This document shows positions 13,431-25,868 of a DNA stretch of 64,000 nucleotides, piece by piece (position 1 is the stretch's first letter; the number at the start of each line of letters is the position of its first letter). The stretch is from Marsupella aquatica (lineage: Eukaryota; Plantae; Marchantiophyta), in contig OZ316895.1 in the NCBI GenBank assembly GCA_973895155.1, positions 14,636,716-14,700,715 on the forward strand. Reading direction: 5' to 3'. Under the pieces are notes generated by a model. That model saw only the letters and a program-made list of their open reading frames with translations, was not told the DNA's origin and searched no databases. The position numbers and the translations under genes were made by a program.

Positions 13431-15299
13431 TATACGGGTCAATAAATAATAAACCAAGGTAGGTGATCGAGTATCCTCCTGTCAATCGATAAGGAGAATT
13501 CCTCACAACCTCCTTAAAACTGACAAAAGGGGTCAAACTGACAAAAGGGGTCAAACAGTAAAATTTCAGTAAAATTTCAATGTCTGGAAGTAGACGTTAG
13601 TATCCTTCAGTACGTCCTTCTCTTGCGATCCCGGTACAGTAATTAACGAAACGAAGACTTCAGATAAAGCCTAAGCAGAACGGCCAAAAAAACCAACAAC
13701 GCTCGCAAATCAAACAGTAAGAATGCTTCCGAAACGAGTATGCTTCTCTTGCGTCCAATGAATGCAACTACCGGAACGAGTATGCTTCTCTTGCGGACAA
13801 TAGCTATGAAACTTCAGAAACGACTATGTTCTTCTTGCGGACAATGCAAAGATCGCATTGGTCGACTTCATGCATTGTCGACTTCATGTATGTCCGACAA
13901 AAAGCATGAAGTCGACCAATGCGAGTAAGTTTCTTCTAGTGCGAACAAGGTTATGAAATGACAGTAGCTGGGTAACCGCCGGTGCTTCGTAAGAAATCGC
14001 GGCGTAACATACCTACGTCCTGAAAATTCGTTGTCGATCAATATCCGGACCTTTTGCTCTTTCAGACTGACGCTTCGGATTGCTTCGGCTCTCTGCCCGC
14101 GGAACAGATCAAGAGAAGAGAGGAGAGGAGGCACCAAGAGAACAGACGAAAAGCTCGAACAGATCACAAGAAACTAGAGAACAACTCAGAGAACGACTGA
14201 AGTTAAGGCAAGACAGTCACTCCGTAAACGAAGCGGCTGAAATCGTAGTGCGAGTGCTTCGAATACATGAGAATCCCGAGATAGTTCGCTAGCTACCGAA
14301 ACCGCAAGGCTTTGCCATTGGAAATTTATACATGACGAACTGCACCATCAAAATCCTCGCACAATGATGTGGGGCAGCGATGAAGCTTTGCTACGTCACG
14401 AATTCATTCGCAGGATGTGCTGTGGATCCGAAGTTCGAGCAGAAAATCACGGACCTTATGAGTGGCTTTTTTATTTGTGCTTTAATCATATTTTTTTAAT
14501 CACATCAAATGACGTGGTCTCCTAAGGATAATGGTGGCGTATCGCTGGTTTAGGGTTTAGGTCAAGAGCTCGTGCAAGGCTACAAGCCTCAATGTGTCTC
14601 CCTACCATTGTTTCCATTCGGCTTTCAATTGGGGTTCCTTTGTTGGATTATGGGTTACTTGTAGTCTTTTGAGAGATACTAGATTTTTGGCCACCCTTGA
14701 TTGACATGCCATGGCCAGCAAATTAAGGCTAGGCACCATCAAGACAAGACACAGTAGTAAGCCCAAAAGGAAAACTCTGGCCCATGTGATGATAGTGATC
14801 CACCATGGATGGATTTCCTGATCCTCTTGATTCCAAAACTTGAACTAAACTTGAACAAATCTTTACGTTTGTCTTGCATGTAGTCCACCCTCAGTTTTGT
14901 GGCCCTCAATGCTCCCAACACTTCCAAGAAAAAAACCCAGAGGTATGCACCACAGCAATTTTGGTGTTGTAAGTTAATTATGTACTTAAAAATTGGCCAA
15001 ACACCTTGACTGTCAAGTGTAAAGTGAGTCAATTTATTTGCCTTTTGTTCAAGTGCATGTCACTGGTTGGGAAGAGTGTTGGGAGCCTGGTGTAGGGATT
15101 TCCTTCTACCAGCCAGGTAAATCTATAGTGGATATCTCTGACCAGCTAGATATAGTAATGGACTCACTTCCATTAATGACTCACCTCCAGAAGATGAACT
15201 CCAGCAACAGATTCCAAGCACTAGGCTGATTGGAATAGCGGAATTTGGTATGTTCTACAGCAGCCTCCAAAACAGCACTATCAAAATGAATGGTAACCT

Positions 15300-15845
15300 G
15301 TAATACTATGATGGATGGCAGTGGATCGAATTGGCGTGGGAAGAACAAAGAATGGCATTTCACTACGCGGATCTGGGGGCAGTGTGACTGAGCACCGACG
15401 CTGGACGTTGACCAACTGAACCGCAGGTGGAGACAGATCGAATGGCACTGCCCAATACTGGAAAACTCAATTGAAGAAGTTATGGGGAGGATGGTCCTTC
15501 CCGAAGGTGCGTTTCGATTCTTTCTTTGGCAATTGCTGAATCACAGTTTCTTTACCAAGAGCATGACTCTTCACTGGGAAGTTTCTGATGGCATTTGCAA
15601 CCTGTGCCAAAGTCAGGTCGAGACCACGGAACACTTGTTCTTCATCTGCTGCACTGTTAATTACTGCTCGATGGAGAGAAGTCCAACAACTGGTGCAACA
15701 CGCAGACGCCCTCTCTACACCGATGAGAATTAACTCTGCACGAGGCGATCACCGCGGCCTTGAGATTGCACAAAAGGAAGCCTGGCCCGATTGTAATGAT
15801 TATGGCTCAGCTATGTTCCAACACATGGAAAGAGAGGAACGCTGC
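15300..15845 (+). mobile_element. Degenerate L1-type LINE fragment (zf-RVT C-terminal region)
   Basis: RFFLWQLLNHSFFT..GICNLCQSQVETTEHLFFIC..(frameshift)..NTWKERN matches the plant LINE ORF2 C-terminal CxxC..ETxxHLFFxC..WKERN pattern; left boundary approximate. Confidence 0.8.
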
Positions 15846-16086
15846 CTTGGGGGGGGTCACTTCTATGGAAGTGGCATATCACATGCGATGCAGTAGAGGG
15901 CCATTTTTGGCGGAAGACTTATTAAGTCTTCAATGGAAACATAGGGTTAATTGCAAAATGCATACGTGTCATCACATGATTGGTGTCATACAACTTTATT
16001 GAAAGTGACTTAGGGGGATCATAAATGACCCAAACCGTCGCACGTGATGTATGACCCTCCATATAGTGACCCCCCCTTCCCCCGAG
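15846..16086. mobile_element. MITE with 8-bp TSD AACGCTGC, inserted in the LINE remnant
   Basis: Ends cttggggggggtcact ... agtgacccccccttcccccgag; aacgctgc at 15838-15845 and 16087-16094. Confidence 0.85.
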
Positions 16087-16641
16087 AACGCTGCCACGTA
16101 CTCCCAGTTCTTGGGCCGTCTTCCCATGCTCCAAAGTACGTTGTGTCCACCCTACATTCATATGTATATAATTATGTGTGTGGCCAAGTCTGTAGATCAT
16201 CACCAACAATCTGCACAACACTAATCATCTCAAGATTTTCCAATCCAAGTGTATGTCAACAAGATTTTGCCAACACTCCAGCAATGGAGAATTTATGCCG
16301 GAATTCAACTGGAGAGCCAGGAATCGGGCCGGGAATGCCAACTAAGGAACTCTCAAGCCAAAATCTAACTAGTACCCGTGCTAGTATCTGAGGTTGCTAA
16401 TTTCTCACATTCTCCTTCCACCAAGTGAGGGGAGCCAGACCCAATGGGACATGAATCTGCAGGCTAAACCTTTCTAACTTGGCCATGCATACATGTTTCA
16501 ATGGCAGGCCTGTGGTTGTAGTGCATCTTGTGAACACATACCTTCTCCAAACAAAGATGCATGCACATGTACAGTTACTAACCCCAAGAGTATATATAGA
16601 TCTAACAGCCCATGCACTAAGTAGTAGAACAGTCCTTCTTA

Positions 16642-16643
<2 letters not shown>

Positions 16644-16674
<31 letters not shown>
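16644..16674. repeat. (TA)n microsatellite
   Basis: Seen directly. Confidence 0.9.
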
Positions 16675-16676
<2 letters not shown>

Positions 16677-16866
16677 CACAATGCCATTTTAATTTGTGGA
16701 ACAACCTCTATTATCCTAGTATGCAAGGAAAAATTATTATGGGACAACACCTCCTCCATGACATCTTTTGCACAACGACCTCTATTTCATCTTTTGCGCA
16801 ACTTACGTCATCTTGTATGCGCGCAATATTGTCTTTATGCAGCAACAACTTTGGTGCAAAGTTATC

Positions 16867-17487
16867 CTGGGGGGCCTCACTCTAAAGGGGGTCTCGTATG
16901 GGGTCTCATAACATGCTCGACATTTTTAGCAATTAAACACCCTAAAAAATAAGAAGAAAAAAATTGAACTATTTCTCTGCAACTCTTGTTTGGCCCCAAA
17001 TGAAATACTCCCAAATTTCATTTCTAAAATCATATCGATCCTTCTCTTATAATTCTCAAAATTGGATTTTAGAAACCCTAGCTAATGTTCTTTTACATAA
17101 ATTTAAAAGTATTCTTTTCAACCCAATAAACAAACCATATACTTACTTGCGCATGATCTCGGGGGTTTCACTTCCACAAAAATGGCATATCACGTGCGAC
17201 GAAGGATAGGGTCATTTTATTGGTTTTAAGGGAAGACTTAAGAATTTTTGTAGAAGAACAATAGGGTCTTTTAAATTCAATTTTGAGACTTATAAGAACA
17301 TTAGGGTCTTTTTAATCCAATTTTTAGAATATTCCAAGAATATTCCAACTTTATAGGGGTTAAAAATAATTTTCTTACATTTTAGGGGGTCCGAGGCCTA
17401 AAAACATCGCAGGCGATGGGGAGGTCCCCATATAGTGAGACCCCCGAGCGCATGATGGGTAAAAAGTAAATAAGTGAGGACCCTGAG
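16867..17487. mobile_element. MITE (outer), 8-bp TSD AAGTTATC, containing a nested MITE
   Basis: TIRs ctggggggcctcact / agtgaggaccctgag; aagttatc at 16859-16866 and 17488-17495. Confidence 0.85.
17158..17448. mobile_element. MITE (291 bp), 8-bp TSD CGCATGAT
   Basis: TIRs ctcgggggtttcact / agtgagacccccgag; perfect TSD; near-identical to 18461-18749. Confidence 0.92.
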
Positions 17488-18460
17488 AAGTTATCCTTCA
17501 CATACTAAGAACATCTTTGGGACAGAAATATAAAATTGTCCATGGAACACATAGGTATTGAGTTAGTATTTGAATCAAAACCTGCCACAAGTATTTACTT
17601 AAAAATATTTTTCTACCTTGTGGAGAAAGAGTACGTCCAAACTTATAGAGGACTCAAAAACATTTGAGCTATTCCAAATTTTACTTTTTATCACAAAAAC
17701 AATTTAGGTCTCAAAAAATGTAGACATTGCTTCTTGTGTACATATCTGGCTTGAGCATACAAAATAAATCATACTCTTAGTACCTTACTTCATTTTTAAA
17801 GTTGTCCAACTAAGGGGTATTAGAGCAATCATGTTTGAATGATGTGGGGGCTAAGTTCATGTAATTATTGTATTGAAATCAAAATTATTACCCTTTAACT
17901 TTGTGAGCAACTATTGGAGGTCAGAAATTATTACCTAGATGGCAAGAATTTAAAAATACAATTTTAATGATATCAGATTTTCTGGAACTACTTTCTCTCC
18001 CTGTTAGTTCTCTACCAGCTTTTTTGATAGAAATTTGTGGCTCAAATTAAACAAAAGAATGACTATAGTTTTTAGATACAGGTCATGTTTTAGGCGTACA
18101 GTTTACTAAGTTGGGTTGGAAAGTTTGCATGTCGTGATTTCTAAGAATTTTTGAATGTCATGATTAAGCTTTGACTACAATAGGTCATCAGCCTCTTGAG
18201 GTGCTAGTCTAAACAAAGAAAGTCCGGACCAGGAGCAAATCACCCTTGGTAACTACATAGAAATTTCAATTTATCACTATATATAGCATGTTCATCTTGG
18301 AATATGCTTTGTTTTTGTTCTTGTAGTGATGTGTAAACAATTATTGCATTATATTGGATAGGATTGATCAAGTAGAAAAAATAGGGCACATAGTACATGT
18401 TACATAATGACCAGGAAAAGCACAAGTGCACAAATCTTGAAAAGTTGAGCACACAAGGTA

Positions 18461-18749
18461 CTCGGGGGTTTTACTTCCACAAAAATGGCATATCACATGC
18501 GACGAAGGATAGGGTCATTTTATTGGTTCTAAGGAAAGACTTAAGAATTTTTGTAGAAGAACAATAGGATCTTTTAAATTCAATTTTGAGACTTATAAGA
18601 ACATTAGGGTCTTTTTAATCCAATTTTTAGAATATTCCAATAATATTCCAACTTTATAGGAGTTAAAAAAAATTCTTACATTTTAGGGGGTCCGAAGCCT
18701 AAAAACATCGCAGGCGATGGGGAGGTCCCCATATAGTGAGACCCCCGAG
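18461..18749. mobile_element. MITE (289 bp), 8-bp TSD ACAAGGTA
   Basis: TIRs ctcgggggttttact / agtgagacccccgag; acaaggta at 18453-18460 and 18750-18757. Confidence 0.92.
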
Positions 18750-19751
18750 ACAAGGTACAGATTCACTTGTTTTAATGGCACTCAAATCAGAGAAAAAGTG
18801 TGCACTTTAAAAGGTACAAAAGATCCCTTGCCTTAGTTAATAACAATAAAAACCATAAGCCAAATATAAGTTTGAGGAGTCAGTACTTATAATTGAAGCA
18901 TGGTTGAGGAGTTCACTCTCAAATTACCAATTACCTCTCATTCACTAGAATTGCAAGAAATCCATTAAAGGATTCTTATGCAACTTTGAAAAGGGAAAAT
19001 CCAGGAAAGGTATTATTTATAATGGTAAATTAAAGAATGGTAGGGGGAGTCACAGTTGATATGCATGGATTGCTACTTGATTCTTGTATAGCATTTGGCA
19101 ACTCCCTTTTCTTCTTAGGTGTCACTCTTTTCTTCACACTCAATGTAATTGTTTTTTGTATGTTCCTTCTCTTTGCCAATTTCTTCAATAGATGACCACA
19201 GGAAAAAAAAGGTGCAACATGTTATTATAGTTTTAGATGTTGTCAAATGTGTTTGTCCCTTTATATATGTATCCCAAAACCCTGTCACCCCAGCCAAGAG
19301 TAGTTTGGCCTCCAACCCCGTTATTAACTCATCCAAATATATACTGAATTTTGTCAAGTATACCAAGGGGATGGGTGTGTACACTCTCCTTGCATTGCAT
19401 GCACATGAATGAGTACTACATTGGGGCACCGGTCAATATAAATAGACAATGGTCGGGGAGTGATTGGATAATAAAAGAGTGTATTTGCTAATGTGATGAG
19501 GAATATCAAAAAGGGTATTCTTTACATTTCCTTCATTGTTTTCTGGGTATTATTTTTATTTGTCCTCTAAGCTTTGCTTTGAAAATTTGAGTTATTTCAC
19601 TTGGCATGGAAAATGGTAAATTTTGAAAATGGCACAACCCTTTATTGTAGGAGTTAATGTCCAACAAAATATTGCAAAGTGGCAACCCTTTCATTTCAAT
19701 CTTTTATTATAGGAGCTAATGTCCCACAAAATGTGGCCCAGTAAATAATGG

Positions 19752-20160
19752 CACAAATTAGAGGCCTTTCGAAAAGACCATCATTGAATACACAAATTAG
19801 CGGTCTTTTGAAAAGACCATTATTGAATACACAAATTAGCGGTCTATTGAAAAGACCATTATTGAATACACAAATTATTTAGCGGTCTTTCTAAAAGACC
19901 ATTATTGAATACACAAATCATGAATACACAATTTATTTAGCGGTCTTTCGAAAAGACCATTATTCAATACACAAACTAGCGGACTTTCGAAAGACCATTA
20001 TTGAATACACGATTTAGCGGTCTTTCAAAAAGACCGTTATTCAATACACAAACTAGCGGTCTTTCGAAAGACCATTATTGAATACGCAATTTAGCGGTCT
20101 TTCGAAAAGACCATTATTCAATATACAAACTAGCGATCTTTCGAAAGACCATTATTGAAT
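19752..20160. repeat. ~39-bp minisatellite, ~10 copies, palindromic core GGTCTTTCGAAAGACC
   Basis: cacaaa(t/c)tagcggtctttcgaaa(a)gaccattatt(g/c)aata repeated head-to-tail with no spacers. Confidence 0.95.
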
Positions 20161-20427
20161 CCGTTACGCAAACTACACTAGGTTCTCTTCAGAAGCAACC
20201 CATGTAATTTGAGTGGGAAAATTATATGAACTAAGGCAAAATCAAATCCACCCAACTCATGAAAAGGAGTCACCCCGGAACATCAGAGAAACAGCCTTGT
20301 AATGGGAAACGCGCTTAGAAGGTGGAAGAAGTCAATCTTCATTCTATCGTCGAGCAGAGTCCCTGAAAACCCAACCAGGCGGACGACCAAAGTCATCTCC
20401 ACTGTAATCAACTCGATTCTAGCTCTA

Positions 20428-21111
20428 TCAGTCAGACAAGTAAATAATATGTGGTAGGGGCTTCGGGACCTCAGGTTCTCCATCAGAGTTGACGTACAGA
20501 ATGCCTTCTGAGCCATTATCGTCATCAGATTTTCTCTGAGAGCCGGACTCGCTAGACGTTGGGCTGATGCAGTCTCCAGAATCTCCCTCAGATCGAGAGT
20601 CTGGGCCATTATCGTCATCAGATTTTCTCTGAGAGTCGGACTCGGTAGACGTTGGGCTGATGCAGTCTCCAGATTCTCCCGAACCCACATTACTACTTCT
20701 TGGCGCTTCTGACGGCTCAACAATACAGCCAGCTTTTGTCGCATCAAACTTGAGCTCAATCCATCCTCGTCTTGGTCTCGGTTTATTTCTTCTATACATC
20801 TGTGTCCTACCAAAATATCGACGATATCGACATTCCCTCGATGTTATTGCTTCAAGAAGGACAGAAAACATTTCCGTACATGCCCCACTCTGATGGTTAG
20901 GTTTAGTACTAGTACTCTCAGCGTCACTGACAGCAGCCCCCACCTGATATTCCCCACTCTCGCCCCCACTCTGGTTAGTGCTTCCAGCATCACTGACAGT
21001 ATTCATTGCAACATTCATCACCAGTGATTGAACATGTGCCCCGCTCGGATCGTTAGACCCGAAGGTTTGAGCGTCACTATCAGCAGCCGCCACATGTGTC
21101 CTCTTCGGCAT
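20428..21111 (-). CDS. Paralog of the acidic repeat protein (diverged middle, basic stretch, ISPT(S)xES repeats)
   Basis: 227-aa ORF; start context (MPKRT vs MPTRT), C-terminal region and flanks are homologous to 11872-12909. Confidence 0.5.
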   Translation of the reverse strand: MPKRTHVAAADSDAQTFGSNDPSGAHVQSLVMNVAMNTVSDAGSTNQSGGESGEYQVGAAVSDAESTSTKPNHQSGACTEMFSVLLEAITSRECRYRRYFGRTQMYRRNKPRPRRGWIELKFDATKAGCIVEPSEAPRSSNVGSGESGDCISPTSTESDSQRKSDDDNGPDSRSEGDSGDCISPTSSESGSQRKSDDDNGSEGILYVNSDGEPEVPKPLPHIIYLSD

Positions 21112-24100
21112 GCATCTCTACTGGCCTTCGATGTGTTGGTCTATCCTTGTTGCAACAACGAAACGTGCATCGTTAGTAATTGGGACAGCCGAAATTATTT
21201 TCTCTCTGGACAATCATCGGGCGACCAGGTCAAATTCTCTAGACAGCCATTTGCGCACACAGACGCCGGCCGTAGACCATTACGCAGTGTCTTCTGACCG
21301 CTCACTTACTCAGAAGCAGTTTATTTCCAACAAAACTATGTGAGAGATATGAACGATCGATGATACGGAATACATACTCAATCAAACTTTCGATAAAGCC
21401 TCATTAGAGCTGCGTGATAAAAAACTAACGAACAGATCAAAAAGTAAGAGACCAACGTGAGTATCTATCTCTCGAGAAGCAAGCCGGGGACTACACTTTC
21501 GATAAAACGATAAAACAGAGTGGGCTAGAAAACTGACGAAACTTGTCAAACAGTACGAAACCACTGAAGGTGAGTGTACATGCATATCTCGACAAGCAAA
21601 CGGCGAGGAGACTCCCTGTAGCGACTCACCAGAACGGTCCAAAATACTGACGAAACAGTACGAATTCAATCTTCGAAACTAGTGTTAGTGATAGATATCC
21701 TCTAGTTCAGTACTTCTCTTGCGTTTCGGGTACAATACATAAAGAAGACTTCTGATGAAACCTTATCAGAGCGACATAAAAAATCAGCAACCAAACAAAT
21801 TCCGAAACCACTTTGAGAACCCTTCTCTTACAGACAAGGTATGATCGAAGGCTAGGGTCAAAACGTAAGAGTTCGACCAATGCTAGTATCCTGCCGATCG
21901 TGCGAACAAGATTATGAAGGCACAGTAGCTAGCTGCCGGTGCTTTACACACATGTTGTAGTGGTTAGAATTCATGGAAAAGTATACTTACATCCTGAAAA
22001 CTTCGTGTTCGATCAATATCTGGACCTTTTGCTTCTTCAGACTGACTCTACGAATTTTTCTCCGACTCTCGACACCTCAACAGATCACAAGAAGAGAGAC
22101 GGCACCCAGAGAATAGACTGAAGCTCGGAACAGATCTCAAAGAGCTAGAGGGAAGAACGGAGATCGAGAACAACTGAAGGCAAGACAGTCACTCCTGTGA
22201 ACAGCTAGACCATGAGAGCGGAGCGGCGCGCGGGGGCGAGACTGAAATTCATAGTGAGTGTGCTTCGAGAGCGCTACTGTATCCTGAGATAGTTCCTATC
22301 CTACCTTCCGTCATTCCAATTTATTACACCCGGACTTGTAGCAGAAAATTACGGACTTTAGATGAGTATACAATAAACATGAATTGTTTTTTTTTTTTTT
22401 TTTTAAAACCCGAAGCCCGACCAGAAGTGGCCTACTAGTGATCATGATGGCTCTATGTGGCTGGGTTAGGGTTCAGGTGAAGAGCTCGTGCAATCCTTGT
22501 CTCCAGACCCATGTGACCTTCTCTTATCAAGTGTAGAATGCACACCCATGTTACCTTCCTCTTATCAAATGTAAAATGTCTGTACTTTAAAATGGTACTC
22601 TTAGACAGCTACAAGCCTGGACTATGGACAAAGCCTTGCCATTTGCGGCCCAGCTTAGCCTACGCGCCTCCGGCCCCAACTTAGCTTGAGTTTCCTGTAT
22701 TTAAGACCAATCTTAATCCTGGTCGGCTGGTCCCTAATGAATCATCCTGTCAAGTACGCAGCACCCAATGTGATTTGTACTCCTGGCATCTTACCGGAGG
22801 AACATGGCTTCGAGTCGAGGTCGTTATTAAGGGCTCATGTAGCCTCATCTGATTTTATCGCTATCATCCCTTGTCCCGCGACCCTAACTTCGATCCCTAC
22901 CTAGAGATGACTGGAATGGATGCTTTCTTTGTTTAAGGACCGTCTCCTGGATAAGGGTCAAAGCTGCACAAAAGATTAAATTTGCTCCCTATACGTCTGA
23001 TAAGAAATAAATCCAATACGCTTTGACGTCGTTACAATATTGTATGAAAAATTACTTTTGACTTTCGAATAAAAGAGTGTCACGTGGACTCAGTCATCAT
23101 TTCGTTGAATGGGATGTGCCTATCGTGTAGGGGTAGTGTATCCGAGTCACATCAAGAGCATTTGAAGAAATTACTCGCCGGTATATATGGAGTTCATCTG
23201 AATCGAGGTCATTTTGTTTAATTAGTTAGATACCGTCATTGCTCGGAACTCAACAGTTAACCCGTTGGCCATGTGAACTCATTCAGAGATCTAGATACTC
23301 ATCTGACTGGCGAATGAACGATCATGAAAATCCAAGGCCATTTCAGGAGTTTGTTTAGGTTTTATTTCATGTCTCTTGAATTTTGAATGGCTTTCCGGAT
23401 AAATGAATGGTTTCACAAGAACTAGTAATGTACACTCAAAGGCTTGATTTCCCGGGCACTAGCTTGGTGCCGGCCTGATCTAATCTCGATCCATGTATGT
23501 ATATTGAAATTAATTCAGTCATAATGTAATGGGCCTCAACAAACCGCTTCCTTCAATCAAACCTAGGTGATCTCAGTATTCGTTTCATTAAATGGTACAA
23601 TCAGATCAAAGAGATTGAATTTTGACGACTACTAATCTCCATCTTTGAAATGAAATTAATCCACAGTTTATTCATTCCACTTTTTTGAATCAACCCGCTC
23701 CGATCTACAACCAGAATAAAATGCTACAATTAATCACAGCAAACGGAACTCATGTAAGAAATTGAGCATGCTCTGTGTATCTACAGTAGCTGTCGATGCT
23801 GAATTCATTTGCATTCTTAGAAGGAAATTGAGACCAAACTAACTGATCTTCTGTGCTACTTCAATCCCTCGCACAACTTCGAGAGACATTGCCATATGGA
23901 TGCAGCCCTCCACGATCGAGTAGGGAAAATACAGTGGGAAATCACCTTTACACTTTCCGCTCTCTCTAAGCGCCCATATTAAGCGCAAAATTTCGTTTGT
24001 CAGGTATCCTGTTATTTCTTTTTATTTTACACAATATTGAATTGCAGAATTTGCATTTCCTCTATGTGCAAAATGGACTGGAATTATTCCACAAAATGAC

Positions 24101-24248
24101 GAGCAAAATCCGTGAAAGTGTATTGTGTATTTACAAAGGAATGGTGTGTATTTATCAGTCAGAGCACAATCGCATCAGCCTGCATTTACTAATGAGTGCA
24201 CACTCTTTATTAACAAAGTAAAAAATGTTATCTATGGTGTTGACCGCC

Positions 24249-24322
24249 AATCAAATGTAGAGGCAGGGTACAAAAAGGCCACCAAACAGGAGCCTTTTTG
24301 TACCCTGCCTCTACATTTGATT
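24249..24322. repeat. Perfect 31-bp inverted repeat with 12-nt loop
   Basis: aatcaaatgtagaggcagggtacaaaaaggc / gcctttttgtaccctgcctctacatttgatt. Confidence 0.95.
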
Positions 24323-25592
24323 CATCTTGTTTTTTCGAGGAAAAAATAAAATGTAGAGGCAGGGATGTACAATTTATGTAACGGGTACTCAATGACAGAT
24401 TTGACGGATGGGCCATTTATTGCTTGCACTTATCAAGGAATGCAAAATGGGCTTAGTGCACTTATAGAGACACCTGTACAGTGCAGATCGTAAACCTTAA
24501 GAAACCAAATCGGTTCAGAAAATTCCGCGTGACAACTATTAAGACAGGTTTGGCTCTCCTGTCCCTTGCGGCTTGCGCTGTCCCGTGCGCTGTCCCTTGG
24601 GCTGTCCCTTGCGCTGTCCCTTCGGGGAGTCCTTTATATCCCCTTTCGTGGGGCCAGAAGACAGTCGTACAATTTGTCTTTTCTTCGTCTCCCCAAAATG
24701 GGGAATGAATACGGACAAGTACAGTTTTGGGACAGGAGGGTAATGCCCTGCGTGATCTTCCACGTGGCTAGTAGGTTTCTTCCAGGGCAATTTTTTAGGG
24801 CTTTAAAATTATTTGCGGGGATGGCCAATGTTGAAAACGAAGCCCTGCCAGATAAACCTTATGGTTTCCAGTGCTGCGCCCATGAACTGAGAGCGTTGAC
24901 AGTGTAAAGGGAAGGCATGAAACTCACCCGTGGACTGAGAGAGTTGACAGTGTAAAGGGATGGCATGAAAGTCATGGACACCACCAAAATGACTTCACAT
25001 ATGGGTGGGAACACAAGAGTATTTGTTTGTCTATTAACCACACATTTGTCCGACGAATACATCCAAAGTAGAGTGAATCGAACACTTTAGGAACTGACAA
25101 CCTTTGAGCCGTGCATTCTTTCTGGTTAATAACTTCCTAGTCCATGATCAAATCAAGTGATTGTCGGCTTGTTCAAAATATGATTTGAGGCCGGAAATTA
25201 CTTTGTGGACCACAAGGCAACTAATGGACCCCATTTTACCTGCTAGCCGACATCATAAAAGTCTGTGTTGTGCCACCGGCAAAAAGACCCTTTTTACAAT
25301 GCTCAGTATGACGTAAAACAATTGCAAAATGTAATAGTGTTAGCTGCTTAACCTAAAACTAAGAACTAAACTTTCTCAACCAAGCATGTACACCATCATA
25401 GTCCTGGGCTGGCCTGACCTGGCCGGATTCCAGTTAACTTGCTTCCTCTGTGCCTGCCATGCCTTCCTACATTAAACCTGGAAAGCTCAGCTCATACAGA
25501 AAAATATCAAAAAGTTGAGTTTGGAATGTGGGGTCAGTGCATTGGAAGTGAGCCACTATGTGAGCATGTTTAATTGCAGATGTTAGTAATGG

Positions 25593-25868
25593 CTTGGGGG
25601 TCTCACTATATGAGGGCCTCCCCATCAACTAAATCAAGATTGCAAGAAAAAAAAAATCAACCCCTATAAAGTTGGAATATTCTTGGAATCTTCCAACTTA
25701 TTGATTAAAAATACTCTAATGTAACTTTTATAAGTTTCAACATTTAATTTAAATACCATATTGTTCTTGTGAGAAAATTCTTAAGTTTTCTATTAGAACC
25801 AATAAAACTATCCTAGATTTTGTCGCATGTGATGTGTCATTGTTGTAGATTAAAATGAAACCCCTTAG
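25593..25868. mobile_element. Degenerate MITE, same family, reverse orientation
   Basis: cttgggggtctcactatatg ... tgaaaccccttag; flanks agtaatgg / attaatgg (1 mismatch). Confidence 0.75.

Larger units (their letters stand above)
11460..14590. repeat. Segmental duplication copy 1 (partner ~19745-22620)
   Basis: Colinear similarity by eye: 11700-11820 vs 20365-20495, 12900-13020 vs 21100-21222, 14020-14300 vs 21993-22300, 14545-14590 vs 22461-22620. Confidence 0.85.

Noticed and set aside
14546-14560. Interstitial telomere
   Set aside because: Only about two TTTAGGG units; better read as a promoter telo-box.
19752-20160. CRISPR array (palindromic ~39-bp repeats)
   Set aside because: Units are head-to-tail with no unique spacers, there are no cas genes, and the context is eukaryotic; it is a minisatellite.
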